Shown here: piece by piece, positions 25,367-39,300 of the stretch
Layout of the letters: every line of letters begins with the position of its first letter
Numbering within the stretch: position 1 is the first letter of the stretch
Source: Eutreptiella sp. 'Long Island Sound 2002'
Lineage: Eukaryota > Protista > Euglenida
Direction: 5' to 3'
DNA: 64,000 bases
Assembly (NCBI GenBank): GCA_964036045.1
Contig: OZ038378.1
Span: forward strand, 176,824,001 to 176,888,000
Made by a program: the position numbers and the translations under genes
Notes under the pieces: generated by a model
The model's input: only the letters and a program-made list of their open reading frames with translations
What the model was told of the DNA's origin: nothing
Databases searched by the model: none

Positions 25367-27488
25367 ACATCCTTCCGCCCTCCCAGTCGAGAACCGAGAT
25401 ATGTGCCCGCAGGTGCTGGGCTTCCACTGCAGAGGGGGGTCATTAGAGTTTTGGGGGGATCCTGTCAATTGAGCTTTTGGGATGTCCAGCCATTCCCCCC
25501 CCCCAAAAAAAATTGAAGTCCGCCTTCCCCTTGCTTCCGCTGCATCATCCAGTGCTCATGGGCTTCGGCTCTCACAGCATAGTGGTGCGTGGGCCAAGGC
25601 ATCGGTACATCATGATGTTGGTGACAGCGCAGTGGCACATTGAAGTGTGTTTGTGGTCAAGCCATTGCTTAGTGAGGAATCCCCCCCCCCCCCGCTCTTG
25701 CTTCAGAGGATGTTGCAGCTGCCCCCATATGATGAGGATCACTTATGGGCAGCACATGTCTGCTCATGCCTGCTGTGAGGTTGTGATGACCAGTTATGGG
25801 TGAGCCAAAGCCCTTGCCCACTTTGATGACAAGTTCTGGGCTAGCCAAAGCCCCCAGCCTAACATGTGTTGATGTAGCAGTTTTTCGAGCTGTGTCCACA
25901 ATCTGTCGGCGTTGGTTCTGGAGCTGTCATCAGTGTCAGAAGGTGACCCACAACCGGTCTCAGATTTTGACTCAGTGTTTAGTTACACAGTTCTGGGCTA
26001 GCCAAAGCCCCCAGCCTGTCCTCTGCTAATGAAAAGTTATGGGCTTGCCAGCACGTGAGTTGAGGGTCAAGGTGCTCTCATCAGTACCAGATAGTCAAAT
26101 GTGGAACATAGTGGAAGAGGCGCTTTTCTGGTTGGGGAATAGGGTGCAGTGGAGATATCCAGGTGGCAGTGGTGTGCTCCGCTGAGAATGGGTGTGGGGA
26201 CCACTGTGGCAGTGGTGTGCTGAGCTGCGAAGAGTGAGGAAGGGACTACCATTACATCAAATGGTTCGATACAGGGGCACACATGGTACATCAGGTGCTC
26301 CATAGCCTTTGGGGCTGTAGGGGGCGCCGGAGCGGAGGGGATGCCGCAAAGGCTGAGTGAGCATGCCGGTTTGTACTCCCGGGTGTACGTACATGTCGCC
26401 TTCTTAAGCTGTTGAAGGAGGGAATCCTCCATGCGTGGATAGGTGGGTTGGTTGTCCACCCAGTGGGTTAGGGTCGAAATGAGCGCGTTCAAAAATTGCG
26501 AGAGGTGGGGAGCCTGCTCATGGTGCCACCGTGATGATGTCCCCATTTTGGAACACCCACCCACTGGCATCATGACTTTGGGGGCTGGCGTCTGGCATTT
26601 TGCCTCCCGCTCTCAACTAGAATGTACACAAAAGACGGCACAAAAAAGCATGTTGGGATCCATTGCTTTTTACAATTCGGGGGTTCATGCAATGTTTGTG
26701 ATGTGCTGCAAAGCCACCAGAGGCATGGGTACTAAATTTGCACTAGCTCTCCCTGGTGAGGTAATGTTTATGGTATGCTGCAACTCTTCTCAGAGAGACA
26801 CTGATGACAGCTCAAGTTCCAACTCCTCGTCATCTTGTGATATGGAAGAGGTTTGACGAACTGTGGCCAAGGCTCGAAAAACTGCAGAGCAGCTGACTGT
26901 GCCGCACATTGTTGTGAATCAAAATGGATGCAGCGTGGGTGTAGTGCCTGTCCTTGTGCCTGAATGAGGGGGGTCTGTGGTGTACTGTACCGGGTTTTCG
27001 GTGAGCCCTGTTTTTTGTGAATTGTAAACCATCAAAGGAGCCCCCCCCCCCCCTTTTTCCCATCCCTGGTATGTGACAGGTATGTGCAACAGGGCAAGGG
27101 TTCGCAATGAGGATGGGGAGGCGCCAGCCTTGCTAAGCGACCCCCATGGCCCATGATGCTGCGGGTGATGGTTGATGCTGCCAGGGTGGCGTTGTGGCTG
27201 GCTGCTCGTTTGCGTGTTGTTTTGGAGGAGTTGTTGTGCCACCTCACTGATGACCAAGGCCATAACCAATGCACAGCTATGGACCAGATAGAATCCCTGA
27301 TTTCTGGGACCTTCCACAGCGCGGCCTACACCCCCGAAAAAGTCGTCAACCCACCAGTCTCCACCCACTGCCTTCCCCTCCCCTCACCACCCCCCCCCCG
27401 CCGTTCACCAACCCGTCACCGTATGGGCAATACAGATAGATGTTAATGCTTGGCCGGGCACAATCCAATTCACACACTAATGGTGCAG

Positions 27489-27815
27489 GTATGTGAGGCT
27501 ATGGAAGCGCTGGCTGAGGGGGGCATCATCCATCGTGACATCGCAGCACGAAATGTCTTGGTATCTGAGTTCCACCGGCACCTTCCCTCCGCCGTCCACG
27601 TCAAAGTGACGGACTTTGGCCTAAGCAGACCCGGATCCGTGTACTACAGCCAGGCGCAGCGCCTGCCCTTTCGATGGATGCCCCCAGAGGCGCTGCTGAG
27701 ACGCAAATTCAGCGAGAAAAGTGACGTATGGGCGTGGGGAGTACTGCTGTGGGAGCTGTTCAGCGGGGGACTGGTACCGTTCGCTTTTGTGGACGATGAG
27801 GATGTTTGTGACAAA
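27489..27815 (+). CDS. U-box kinase gene, exon 3 (kinase subdomains VI-IX)
   Basis: VCEAMEALAEGGIIHRDIAARNVLV...VKVTDFGLSR...LPFRWMPPEAL...KSDVWAWGVLLWELFS. AG at 27487-27488, donor GTGTGT at 27816. Confidence 0.92.
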
Positions 27816-28469
27816 GTGTGTTATTGTCGTCGGTGGTGGTGGTTGTATTGGTGCTCGTGTCCGCGTTGATGAACAATTTCTTGGTGGTGCGCTGCACTAA
27901 GCGTTACACTAGCAGTGAAAATTGTCACGCAAGCACTGAAAAGCGTCATGCGAGCGCTCGCACCCGCATTGCAGAATCATCCACACCACATAATTACAGA
28001 ATTAGAATCAAAATTAGCATTACAATCAAGACAAACGTGATGCAAGCGTTCAGCAGAAAGGTTATCGAATTAAGCGTCACGGGAGTTTATCCTCATTTCT
28101 ATAATATATTCGACATTACACGCGGAGATAGGTGGGGCTTTTGAGACAATTCAGGACACACACACCCTTATTGGAGTTAGCGGAGACAAAGCAAAGTGTT
28201 TTAAAGGTTTTTTGGATGACTAGGGTGGAGTGTTGGCGCCCACCAAGGAGTACGAAGGGCAACAAAACAGAGGTGACATCACTGCTCTGATCCTATCCAA
28301 ACTACTAGAAATGGCTATGGCCATTTTACCATAAAAGGTTGCCCAAAGGAGAATTGTGGTTGTCGTCAGCGAAGGAACCAAAAGGCATTATGAATGATTG
28401 AGCATAAGTAAGAGGTTGGCATCCCTTCTTTTCCCGTGTGGCCCCCATCTCTCGCACTGCGCTCTGCAG

Positions 28470-28712
28470 GTCTGTGGTGGTAGACGACTGCTCTGTCCTG
28501 ATGGGTGTCCTGACATGGTCTACAGCATCATGCAGGATTGTTGGCATCACGATCCCATGGACCGCCCATCCTTCAGGCAATTACGTTTCAGGCTCAAAGA
28601 AACCCAGTCCACATTGGCCACACAGGCTGCCTTATCGGAGCAAGAAATCCGCCTGCAACAGCGCCTGGAGGCTGCAGCCAGGCAGGCAGATGCTCAACAA
28701 GTGCACATTGAG
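28470..28712 (+). CDS. U-box kinase gene, exon 4 (kinase X-XI and coiled coil)
   Basis: VCGGRRLLCPDGCPDMVYSIMQDCWHHDPMDRPSFRQL, then a Q/E/A-rich helix. gctctgcAG acceptor, donor GTGAGA at 28713. Confidence 0.88.
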
Positions 28713-30890
28713 GTGAGAACTATCCCATCCCCATGTACCTTGTTCCTGTCACTCGCCTTCTGCATTCCCTGCGTCTTTCTCTCTGGAACACACAAGGAAC
28801 AGGGAGCGGGGAAGCCGAAGGGGAAAGGTGTGGAGGAGCAAGAAGCGTGGGGGCATCCATGACTGGGCTTGCCGGCCATGCACAGGGGCATCCTTGCTCG
28901 TGTGCATCTATCTGTCCTCTGATGACTCTCCCACCTCAATCCTCCCTCTCCCACCTCATCTCTGCCTCATACCTCCTCCGTCAGCCCACCTCCTTCATGC
29001 CTTTCGCTCCTGCCTCGATCCCCCCCCCCCCCTAATATCTTGCTGGACCATTTGGGCCTCCATGGTATGCAGGACCGAAGTCCATTTAGGGCAAAGTTGG
29101 TATGGGCATTGCTGTAGGCCTGATGAATTGTGAACTTTCGGTTGCTTCTGGGCAAGGAAGCAAGGGCGTTTTATCAGATAACAATTAATCAAGCCTCTGT
29201 GCCACATTGGGCAAAACCTAGGACATACAAGTGAACCTCCATAGGCATGGCCCACCAAAAGGCACGGCACTCAAGCCAATTAGGCCGCATGGATGGTAAC
29301 TTCACCCAGTCAAGTAAATCGGGAGTCTTGGGGGGAGAGGTCGAGATGGAGCTAGTGCAAAGGTGAATGAAGATAAAATAAACTCAAAACAAAGCACGGT
29401 GCACGACCCTATGAAAAAAAATTCATGTTGCTGATGGCATCCGACCTTACAATACTGTGCCATCCATGATGTCTTTGTCTACAAGAATAGAAACATGCAT
29501 GTGGTGTGCCTCCAGAAAAAAACGGGTACCTGGCTGCGCACGACGTGGCATGTGTTGTATGTTGCATGGCAGTTGATTTTTTTTTTTTGATGGAACTGGG
29601 GTTTTGTTTGCACACACTAGATTTCCACGCTGATCATGCATCTTCCAGATCCATTTCTTCGCAAATTTGGTTTTCCCAATCTCATCGTGTGGCCAGTCAA
29701 CATCGCCACCAGCGAAAAAATAAGCAAAAGACAAGCTATGCATGTTCCCATGGCACTAAATCACCATAGAACACCTTGGACACTAATGCAGTTCAAGTTC
29801 AATGGAGTATGAATTCAGTCTGATGATGTTCTCAGTCAAGATTTGACAACTGAAATCACGCAGTGGACTTGCTTCAATTTACCTCTTGGAGTGCTCTTGG
29901 ATCCCAGAACATAAGTGTATCACCAAAGTTCAGATTGGTGATCCTTGACATGGAGCCCATGAATTGATACACTGTTTGCCAAAATCACATCCAGAAAGAT
30001 ACCGATTGGCCTGTGGGAATGAGGACAACAATACAATGGGGATTATATGGCATGCAAAGAATATACACCATAATCTCACCTACAATATCGTCTGTCTCAT
30101 GATCACGCCCAGCTATCTCCATGGCAGCTCTACATTACTGTAGGATTAGAAACACTTAATCCCCTCACACTGGGGAAGTTGGGTTTTCAACTCCGTTGGG
30201 GAGGGGGTCTATTGAGGGTCTACTGAGGGTAGGGGGATACAGGAAAAGGGCACAATTGACACGACCAGTAATCAGTTATTATGAATTCTGGTGCTGCAAA
30301 TCGAGCACTGAAAGTTGTCATTTTTTTTACCACATACATGGCAAATGATGAGTTTTCTGAATCCCCTCGACGCGCTGATTCCAAAAATCTCATTTTTATT
30401 TTCCCCTATATTTGGGTCTGGGTCACCTCCGGGGCCCACGGGTTAGTCTTGGTAGGATTTGGGGGGGGGGGGGGGGCTGTCAACTGAGCCCTTTTTGGGG
30501 GAGGGGGCGGGGTCCGCTTGTTTATATTTTTTTGCTTCCTGAATTTTTGCTTGCTTATATGCGGAACACCCCCTGTTTTCACGGCAGAAAAATGGCTCTC
30601 CCTGACACCAATGACCCCCACTTCTTTTATGATGACATCGCAGCAGCCCGAAAGGAGGATGAAGTGGTTGTTTAGGATTTTTGTCAGGGTGCGACAGATG
30701 TTGAGCACACAGGCAGCATTTGTGCACAATCAAATGAAGGCGTAGCACAACATGCAATTGGAGATGCCTCTTTTCTCTGTTTTTTATCTTGCCTCTGGGG
30801 TCGCCATTTGCCATGTGCGTGCTTTTATTTTGGTGCTTGCTTCCATTTTTTTTGCGGGGGGTATGCCATTCATATCTTTCTGTGCCTCAG

Positions 30891-31263
30891 GAGCTGAGGC
30901 AGCGCCTGGAGAATTTGCAGCGGGAGCGCAAGGGACTTGAGGGCAGTGGCCCTCCCTCTTCCGATGCCCTGCAGCGGGAATGTCAGGGATGTAAGAGCAG
31001 CGGGCCTCCCCCCACGGAGCGCCTACAAAGTGGACAGGTCGGCCCTGAGGCTACTGGTGCCCCAGTTTCAGACCGTGTGCCTCCGGAATGCGACGGCCCT
31101 GAGGCCAGGGGTGTACTGCAGCACGTGGCGGAGCATTGGGTCCCGAAGATGACGGCGATGGGTTTTGCAGAGGCCGCAGTGCGCCACGAGTTGTCCACAG
31201 AGCCCATGTGCCAGAGCGTTGAGGAGCTGGTGTCCCGCATGGTGGAGCGCCCAGCGAGTGCAG
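30891..31263 (+). CDS. U-box kinase gene, exon 5 (coiled coil, linker, UBA-like domain)
   Basis: tgtgcctcAG acceptor, phase 0. Reads ELRQRLENLQRERK...KMTAMGFAEAAVRHELSTEPMCQSVEELVSRMVER, with an MGF UBA-type motif. Probable phase-1 donor GTACAG at 31264. Confidence 0.72.
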
Positions 31264-32881
31264 GTACAGCCCCGGATGCCCATTTCGCAAACAGCGTGTC
31301 AATTGAACATTCGCAACCATTTTCAAGCCTTCCACACCTGCATGGACGGCGTTTGGGCTGGGCATGCCGATCAGATTGTCGTCGCATATCAAAATTTCAT
31401 GCGGCACCCGCGCTGTCCACCAGCTGCACGATTGGGGTTAGGGACTCCCTGTCGCTCCGGGCTGAAGGTGCAGAACCCCAGCCCCTGGAGTCCCTGCCGT
31501 TCGTTGTGGAAGTTTGGTCAGGGATTTTCCCTGTTGGTGCTACGTCCATCATTGGGCCGACCAGTTCCCGGCAGAAAGCAGCTCACTGGACGTTCCAAAG
31601 TTTGGGGACCCGTGGTGTTGGCTTGCAGTTACGGCGGGTGCGGCAAACCTCTGGGGGGGGGATATCGCATCCACTTAGCTTGGGCTGGGGGAGGGGGGAG
31701 GTTACGTGCAGGGGCGCAGGTCCACTGGCTGTTGGTGACAGCAGCAGTGATGAGGGGTCCCTCCTAGACAAGGAGGAATGCATTCCGCATCTTCTGGTGT
31801 GTGCGTGTGTGTGGGGGTAGATAGGACAGAGGAAGCAGGCCGTTGCTTAGTGCACCCCCCAACCCCCACCCCACCCACCCACCCACCCACAGAGGGGATG
31901 GGTTGGATGCCAAAACATTCGGTGTATCTGAAATTGGCCTCCAATTCGTGCTCTTTGAGGAAATTCCAAACTTTTTCTGACGCAAAAGTTTCTGATGGGT
32001 CGGCGGGTTGGTCGGCTGCGGTTGGCCCGCCCCAAATGCCCCCCCCCCCCCCCCGCTGGATCCTTTAGCAATGAAGGCAATTTCAGAAAGGCTTCCAGGT
32101 TCTTCACAGCTGCTGATCGCAGTTCTCTGGTGCGTCTTTCGAAACACAGTGCATTCACTCTGTGCTAGCATGTCAATAACAAACATTGCCTAGCCAGACC
32201 ACCAATGTTTTGGCTGTCAGTCTCGACACACTCACTGGAGTCAGGCACTTCATTTGTGCTTCTGGAAGTGTAAATTCCTCATTTGATGCCTGCATAAGGC
32301 CAAGTTTTTTTTCCCCTGGGCGTGCGCCTCAATCAATGGTTTGGCCCTTGCTTTTGCCCAAACACGGATACTGTCTTCAGGCACACCCCTTAGAATTGAG
32401 CTTTCTGGCCAAGCGCTGAGTGAATGTCGGGTTTGAAATGTAACATCAGAACCTGTAGAGCTGTTTTGTGAACAGTGCATTTCTCAGTGTACATGTGTAA
32501 GAATATTATGGGACGTGCATGTCCGAGAACATGTAGTCTTGGAAGTATAGGGTGCAGGCTGTCCGGTAAAACACCATTTGGGTCTCTGTGATGGCCTCTC
32601 CTGAAAGGACTGTGGTCAAGGATGAAATGTTGCTTTGCTCTTCTTCCAGAAGACCTCAGCACAAGCCCTGAATTGGACGTTTCAGAATCAGCAAAGAGAA
32701 AAGATCGATCGGAGCAGGTCTGTGAGCTCGCAGTTGTTGTGATACCCAGCAACGCCTCACAGTGGACAGAATTGGGGACACAGAGACAAGAGTGAGAATC
32801 ATTTGCTTCAATGTACACGCCTGCACCAACTCCTGCATTCCCCCCACGCCCACCCCACCCCCACCCCTTCGCGCTACTTAG

Positions 32882-32986
32882 ATCCACCTGCAGACGTGCA
32901 AACAAACGTCTGCAGACGTTGGAAAGCTGGATTGAAAAGGGAGTGTGCCAATGTACAATTCACCCCCAATCCCAGTGTACTCCTAT
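32882..32986 (+). CDS. Candidate exon 6 of the U-box kinase gene
   Basis: C-rich tract and TAG at 32879-32881, phase 1, matching the 31264 donor. Reads (D)PPADVQTNVCRRWKAGLKRECANVQFTPNPSVLL. Donor at 32975 or 32987. No recognisable domain. Confidence 0.35.
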
Positions 32987-35162
32987 GTGTGTGCCTATTT
33001 CCCGACCCCAAGCTTGTGTGACATGAAGCCCCTACCCAATGCATGGCACTCGAACTTGCCCACAAAGTATGTCAATGTTGTTGTTTGTGAAAAAATTATT
33101 CGCACGGACCTCTCTAACATGCGTCGCACAAAGTCTTTCGCAAGATGGTGAAGTTTGGATGGTGCTCTCCACCACATCTGATGTGGGAAATGCAACACAA
33201 GCCCAGGGAGTTCTGGGTCACAGGTGCTGCACATCAGTGGTGTGCAGCATTTCTAGGCATTTGCCTTTTGTAGAAAGGTAAAGGTGGCGCAGCACTGTGG
33301 CCCATGGTATCATGTTGAGTAAGTGTCAAAACAGAGGACTCCCCAGTCCGACATCATGAGCATGGCAAGGATCCTGGACCAGTGACGTAATACGGTGTTT
33401 ATCTGCGTGCGCATGTATGTGACCACCACGTCCCAAAGTGGTCCGACAATTGCGGTCTGTTGTACCATTGGCGCAGGGGCCATGCTACACCACATGGCAC
33501 TGGTCGTTGCTGGTATTACAAAGCCAGCAAAGAACACAACCTGTTGGCAAGCGGCAGCAGCACAAGTGTAGCGGATGAGGAACCCGTGGCTATTGTTCAC
33601 CATTGTGGCAACCATGGCAACATGGCTGGGTGCCTATCCTACAGCAAATGGTTGGCTCTTCTGGTACGCCCTGGTTTTCGTTTTGAGGAGGAAATTGTCT
33701 ACCTTGGTTGTCTCAAGCCACTAGGGAAAAGTATCGTTGGCAGGTGAGAGTGGGACAGATGTCCCTCTGCTCACTAGTGTTGCTTCTGCCCCTTGGCATC
33801 CCTCTCATGCCGCCGCCGACACTCTTCGCCCACATACATTCTCTTGACAGCGAAGTTTAGAGGGCGCTTGCCACCACTGATGCGGGACACGGAATACAAG
33901 GTTCTGCATCTGCATCTGTTACCCGCCAATGGCGCACATCATTTCCATGCTGTTGGTTTTTTTTTTCATTGTTCCGATGTGCCGACAGCGCCAGCACTTA
34001 GATGGGGTCACAACTCCAGCGAAGGCGGATTGGCTCCGCCGAAGCGAGCTAACAAGGCCACAGCTCTTTTGTTGGGCGGACTGGACGAGCCATACGCCAG
34101 CAATGGCGTCACTCTCTGTGTGTGTTGGGGGTTGATGCGGGCCCTTGTTGTCTCAGGATTTCACCCCGTCATTGCCGTGCCCCTCACCCCGTCGGCTTCT
34201 CCACCCATGCGTGGTGTAGCTCACTGGACCTTCCGAGGTTTGGGGACCGCTGCCGTCTTCTCGCCCCCCCCCCCCCCCCCCCGCCCCTTGGCATCTCCCA
34301 CCTGCGGTACAACGGTGTCCGGGGAAAATCAGCACCTGTGAGCAAAGGGACAAGGCATCCCACTCTCACATCCCAGAAATATGTTCCCTCACCGTCTGTG
34401 GGCAAACCATGCGGTCGATTTCCTGAAAAGTGGAACCCATGTGCACACGCGGAATCACCAAGCAGCACACTGGACCTCTATGGCAGCCCCCCCCCCCCCC
34501 AGCATCCGCCCTACATCTGGTGTTCAGAACAGATCGACTGTCGTTGCATGTCAACAGGCGCACAACAACGAAGTGCAAGGTGAGCCATGCAATGCGTTGC
34601 ACACTGGTGCACAAGGCAGAGGCATAGGTAGCCACAATGACTCTGTCAAATGAAGCGCCGCATGAACATCTGGAGGATGCCGCTTGGGAAGCCCCGAGGG
34701 CAGTGGGGTGCGATTGTGCTTGCATTCCCGGGGGAACACCTTTTGCCCAGTCGGCATGAGACATGCGACCCGTGTGAATTGGATGGCGTTCTGTGTGTTG
34801 TAGCGGGTGCCCAGGGCATCGGTCCATTGGTGTGCCTTCGGCGTCTGAAGCGTGGGCTCTGCGCGCGAGACGTGTACCAGGGCCGTCCAGTGGTACAGTA
34901 ACAAAGCCAAGGGGACCCTCCGCGAACGCAGTCCCCTTGCACTTCTTCACCTGCGTTTCGTAGGAGACCCGAGCCAAAAAGCCCCGGCACGCCCCCGCTC
35001 TCGGTCCCTCTGCAGCAGAGCCCGCGCCGCCCTTTGGGACCCCACCGTCTCTGTCAAACACCCATCCCGACTGCAGTGCTCAGCACTCCCCCACTGATTC
35101 CGCCTTCAACACAGTCAAGCCGAGCCCAGGCCCTATCCCCAGCACCCAAGGCGTCGTCAGTG

Positions 35163-36334
35163 ATGTATCAAGCCGCATGAAGGGTTTGCAAGGGCAAAAA
35201 ATCGGGTGTGGCATCATTGCCAACAGAATCCGAACAAGAGTAACAACAATGGCCCCTTGCTTGGGTAACCATGGCCAAATTGCATCCCCAAACACCAGTT
35301 TGCTGTTCTCTTCAATGCCCAATGGCCATTTGTTGATGTTGCTGCTGCTGCCGCACGTGCTGCCCTGCTGCTGCGCTTGCTGTCTGCTTGCATGCTGCTG
35401 CTGCTGTTGTCGGTCAGGGTTGGCTGGCGATTGCATGCGTTCTGGGGGCACCATGATTTTGTACCGCAGCATTAGTTGCAGTTGGAGGCTGACATGTGGC
35501 GGTCAAAGGCTGTGGTTGTTGGTTTGGTAGGCGCGGTGTTGGAGCGCAACTGTTGTAGTCAAAGGCTGATTGGAGGAGGCGAGGGTCGGTGCATGCCTAC
35601 ACTTTAGACACTGTTGGGGGGCGTACCGTGCGCTGTGCGAAAAGTTGGCTGTTCTCCACCACCGGGAGTTCGGTAAGTTCAGAATAATGAAAGGAGGTCA
35701 TTGAATGGCTGCTGCAGTGGACGGGGCTATAGGGGGCAGAATTTAGGTCCCTGGGACCCATGGCAAGCATCAGATGTTTGAATTTTTGAGTTTTGAATTG
35801 ATTGTGCATGATTCCGCAGGTGGGTGGTTTTCAGGGTTGTTACCTGGATAATCACCGTAATAATTGGCGCTGTGCGCGCGCTGTGCGAAAACGCCCCCTT
35901 GTGGAGCGCACGAGTGGAGCCTCAGGATGCAGTTTAGTTTCGTCCACCTCAGGGCCAATGTAATTGGACATAAAAGGTGTTTCAGGCGACCGCGCCTTTT
36001 GAAGGGCCACCCTTTTGTGGCCCTTCACATCGTCTTGAGGAGAATTGCCCTGAAATGCATTCTGCATCAGGCAGAAGTAGGAGGGTTTGGAGTCCAGATA
36101 TGACGTTGTTGGCTAACCGACGGTGATTGGGCGGCCAACCCACTGGGTGCTGTTTTACCACAAGAGATAGAAATTCCGGGAGTCCACAAACAGAACGGCG
36201 GTCTGAGTAAGGCATCACAGCCAGACATGACCGTGGGGTACAAGGGGCAGGTGGGGTGCATACCAGTAGCCCTGGTCATACACTGTCTAGTGTCAATACG
36301 AAAGTGGGCTGGTGTGGGAACGAAATCAGGACAC
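35163..36334 (+). repeat. Copy 1 of a near-identical 1.17-kb duplication, flanked by direct repeat TCAGTG
   Basis: Matches 40089-41261 with about 3 differences seen (two substitutions, one 1-bp indel). TCAGTG at 35157-35162 and 36335-36340. Confidence 0.9.
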
Positions 36335-39300
36335 TCAGTGCAACGCATCTCGAGGGCCCCTGCGCAGTGCCGAACTGGGACAGCAACCGCAACCCAAGCC
36401 CCCCCCTCAGCCCTCACTGTGCCGTCACCCACAGCAACGCCCGAAGCCTGGACCCCAGCTCGAGTGCTGCTGATGACCCTGCCACCGCGCTGCCACAACC
36501 ACGCCATCCTCCCTCCTGCGAGCCCCACTCGCTTCGCAGCCCTGCTGCTATCCCCGCACACCCGAGCCCGCCCCCCCTGCCCTTCGGGGTGCAACCCTCG
36601 CCTCTGACGTGCGCCCCGGAGTCCACCGCTTCTTCCACCTCCACATCCCCTGGGCCGTCCCACTTCTCTTCCGCATCAACACCCACGTCTGCCTTGGCAT
36701 GCGGCCATTTGCCCCGCTCCCCCTCCATCACAGCCCTGCACACGCCCACGTCTCCGGCATCATCCCCCTTCCTCAGCGTGTTCAGACCCATGTCCTCTAC
36801 ACAGGGCATACCAGGCCCCCACGGGTCCCAAGCGCCGTCCATATGGCCCGTGCCACGCAGTCATAGCCCCCCTCGGTCCCCGGGTTCTCACGTGGTCCTG
36901 TCGGAGGGCACTCGCTTCGGCCCCCCCACGAATGGCAGTCCGCCGGGCGCTTTAGGGGCCCTGCGCCCTCAAAGTGCGCTGTTTTCTGAAGGCAGCATGA
37001 TGCTGCTGGACTCTGAGACAGTGCACGGCGACGCGATGAGTCAATGAATGGGTGTGAACGGTTCTGCAAGGCCCGGGGGGGGGGGGGGGGGCTGGTTTGG
37101 GCTGGAGGGCACTATGTTTGGCTGAGTTTTGGTGGAAGTGGCGAGTGGTTGGCAAAGGTCATTAGGGGCACTTGGGAAGTGGCAGCAGGATGTGTCTCCT
37201 TTTCCTCAAATTGAGTTGCAAGAGGGGCCGTCCAGGGATGCTCTGGAGGCTTAAGGCATGTTACCAAAGCGGTTACTGGTGGTCGGAAGAAAAAGCGGTC
37301 TTGGGACAAGGTCCGGCGGTTGCAACACCGTTGGTCGGCCATGGGGATGGACAGAAGTGATTGGGGAGGATTGGACCATCATGCCGAAGGGGGTGGAGGA
37401 GCGGGAGCGGGCAGTCCCTCACGCCATACCTACTTGGCCTTTATGGCAGATTACCCGCCGTTTGCGGTGTTGCCCCCCCCTCACGCCCCATTCCACACGC
37501 CTGTCCTAGTGCATCCCGCGTCGGGTTCTCACCAAAGGGCGGCTGTCGCTGCTTGCGCCCTCTGCCCGGAGGTCTTTTGCGGTGACGACCTGGGCCGACG
37601 GGATGCGGAAGAGGGCATGCAGTGCCATGAGCACAGGGTTGCGGGAAAATGTTCATTGTGCCCCCCTCCGACCATCGTCCCTCCGCCCTCAGCACGCCGC
37701 CGATGGGCACTCCGTCCTTGGCCCATGGGCACATGGGCTACGGATCCACCTATTGGGACAGGGGAGGGAGGCTGCGGTAGTTCACTGCGCAGCAGAGAGC
37801 GTTTGGCGGAATACCGGCAGGCATGCCCGGGGGCATCCGTCTGAATGCATCTTAAGACACGTCTCGTCACGTCGGCTCAGTATCGCAAGGCCATTAGTGC
37901 CACGGAGACTGGCACATATGCCATGGAGGTGGACAAATGCGTCTGACAGCCCCCCGCCCACCGTCCACAGTCATCACTGGAAGTTGACCAGGCCATTGCT
38001 TAGTGGGTGGGGGGGTCGGACGCCAAAAAAAAGTTTGTATACCTCAAATCTGTCTCCAATTTCGGCCTCCCTAGTGAAGTCCATTTTCCCTGTTCTATTG
38101 TGGCGGGGGTGGGGGAGTTGGCCGTGGCTGGTCAGGCCCCAAAGGACCCCCCGCCCCTTCTGTGTGGACCTGACGCAGTGAAACAGGGACAGTCCGGGGG
38201 CTCCGTTGGCACCACCGACCGAGGGAAAGGAAGGGTGTGTGCGGGGGTGAGGATAGGCCAGACCGGTACATCAAGGGCACTCGGTAGGTGGATGGGGGAT
38301 GGGTCGGTCGGTCTGAAGTTGGCATGGTGCTCGTGGCCCTCGGAGCCCGTGTCCAAGTGCAAGACCGTTGTGCACCGCAGCCGTTGGCGATGAGAGGGGC
38401 TCTTGGTTGGTGGCGGTTGAGGTTGGTGGGTGGGGCTGGTGGGAGGTCTGCGCGCACAGTGTCTCGGGCGACGGTCCATCTGTGCCGAAGTTCTCTGCGC
38501 CAAATCGACCACACGCAGTCATGGAGTGGCCCCTGCCTCCGTCCGAGGGTGTTGTGCGTCAGGGCCGCGCTTTAGGGGACACGGCAGCCGATGCTCCGCT
38601 TTGTGGGGCATCGCCCAAGGGATCCTTAACAGCACAGACCTTGACACAGATCCGCTGTTACAGGGCCTCCGGAGGAGGGGCGCCGGAGGGACCAATCGAG
38701 ACAGCATTTGCCAGCAGAAGTAAAACACCACCGTCACACAGCATCAACCGCCACAACTGACCGCAACCAACCTCAACCGTCACCATCCGCCGTTGGGGCA
38801 GAGCCCCTTGTCGTTTGCCAACGGCCACCGTCCGGTGCCCACAACATTCTGCCTACCGACCCATAAACGGGCGTGGGCCGGTCCCTGTGTTGTGGTAGAA
38901 CTGGGGGCCCACTGTCGGTCGTGACCACACCCCCTGTCTACTGCAGACTACAGGCCCCGGCCACGCTCCGGTCCAACGGGTAAAAGGGGTCTCAGGGTGG
39001 AAATGTGCGCCCGCGGGAGAGGGGGACAACGCGGCGGAGGTTCCCGTTGATCACTGCCAAATTCAGTTTGCAGGCGTTGCAAACTGCCCCATCTTTGCCC
39101 TTTGGCTTCCCTTGCGACAGCAGTTGCATTACGAAGAGCTGTGTATGGGGGGCGACCAGGCCCCATACACGCTCATTTGTACCATATCCCCCCCCCCCCC
39201 CTGGTCAACACAAAGGGCCGCTCTGTTGTGGTCACTCCACTTATTGTTACGACCGGACGACGCCCGACTCGGACGCGCACTGCTCTGCACCGTACAGCTC

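Noticed and set aside
36256-37047. 263-aa Pro/Ser-rich ORF
   Set aside because: Low complexity in C-rich DNA; no domain or splice support.
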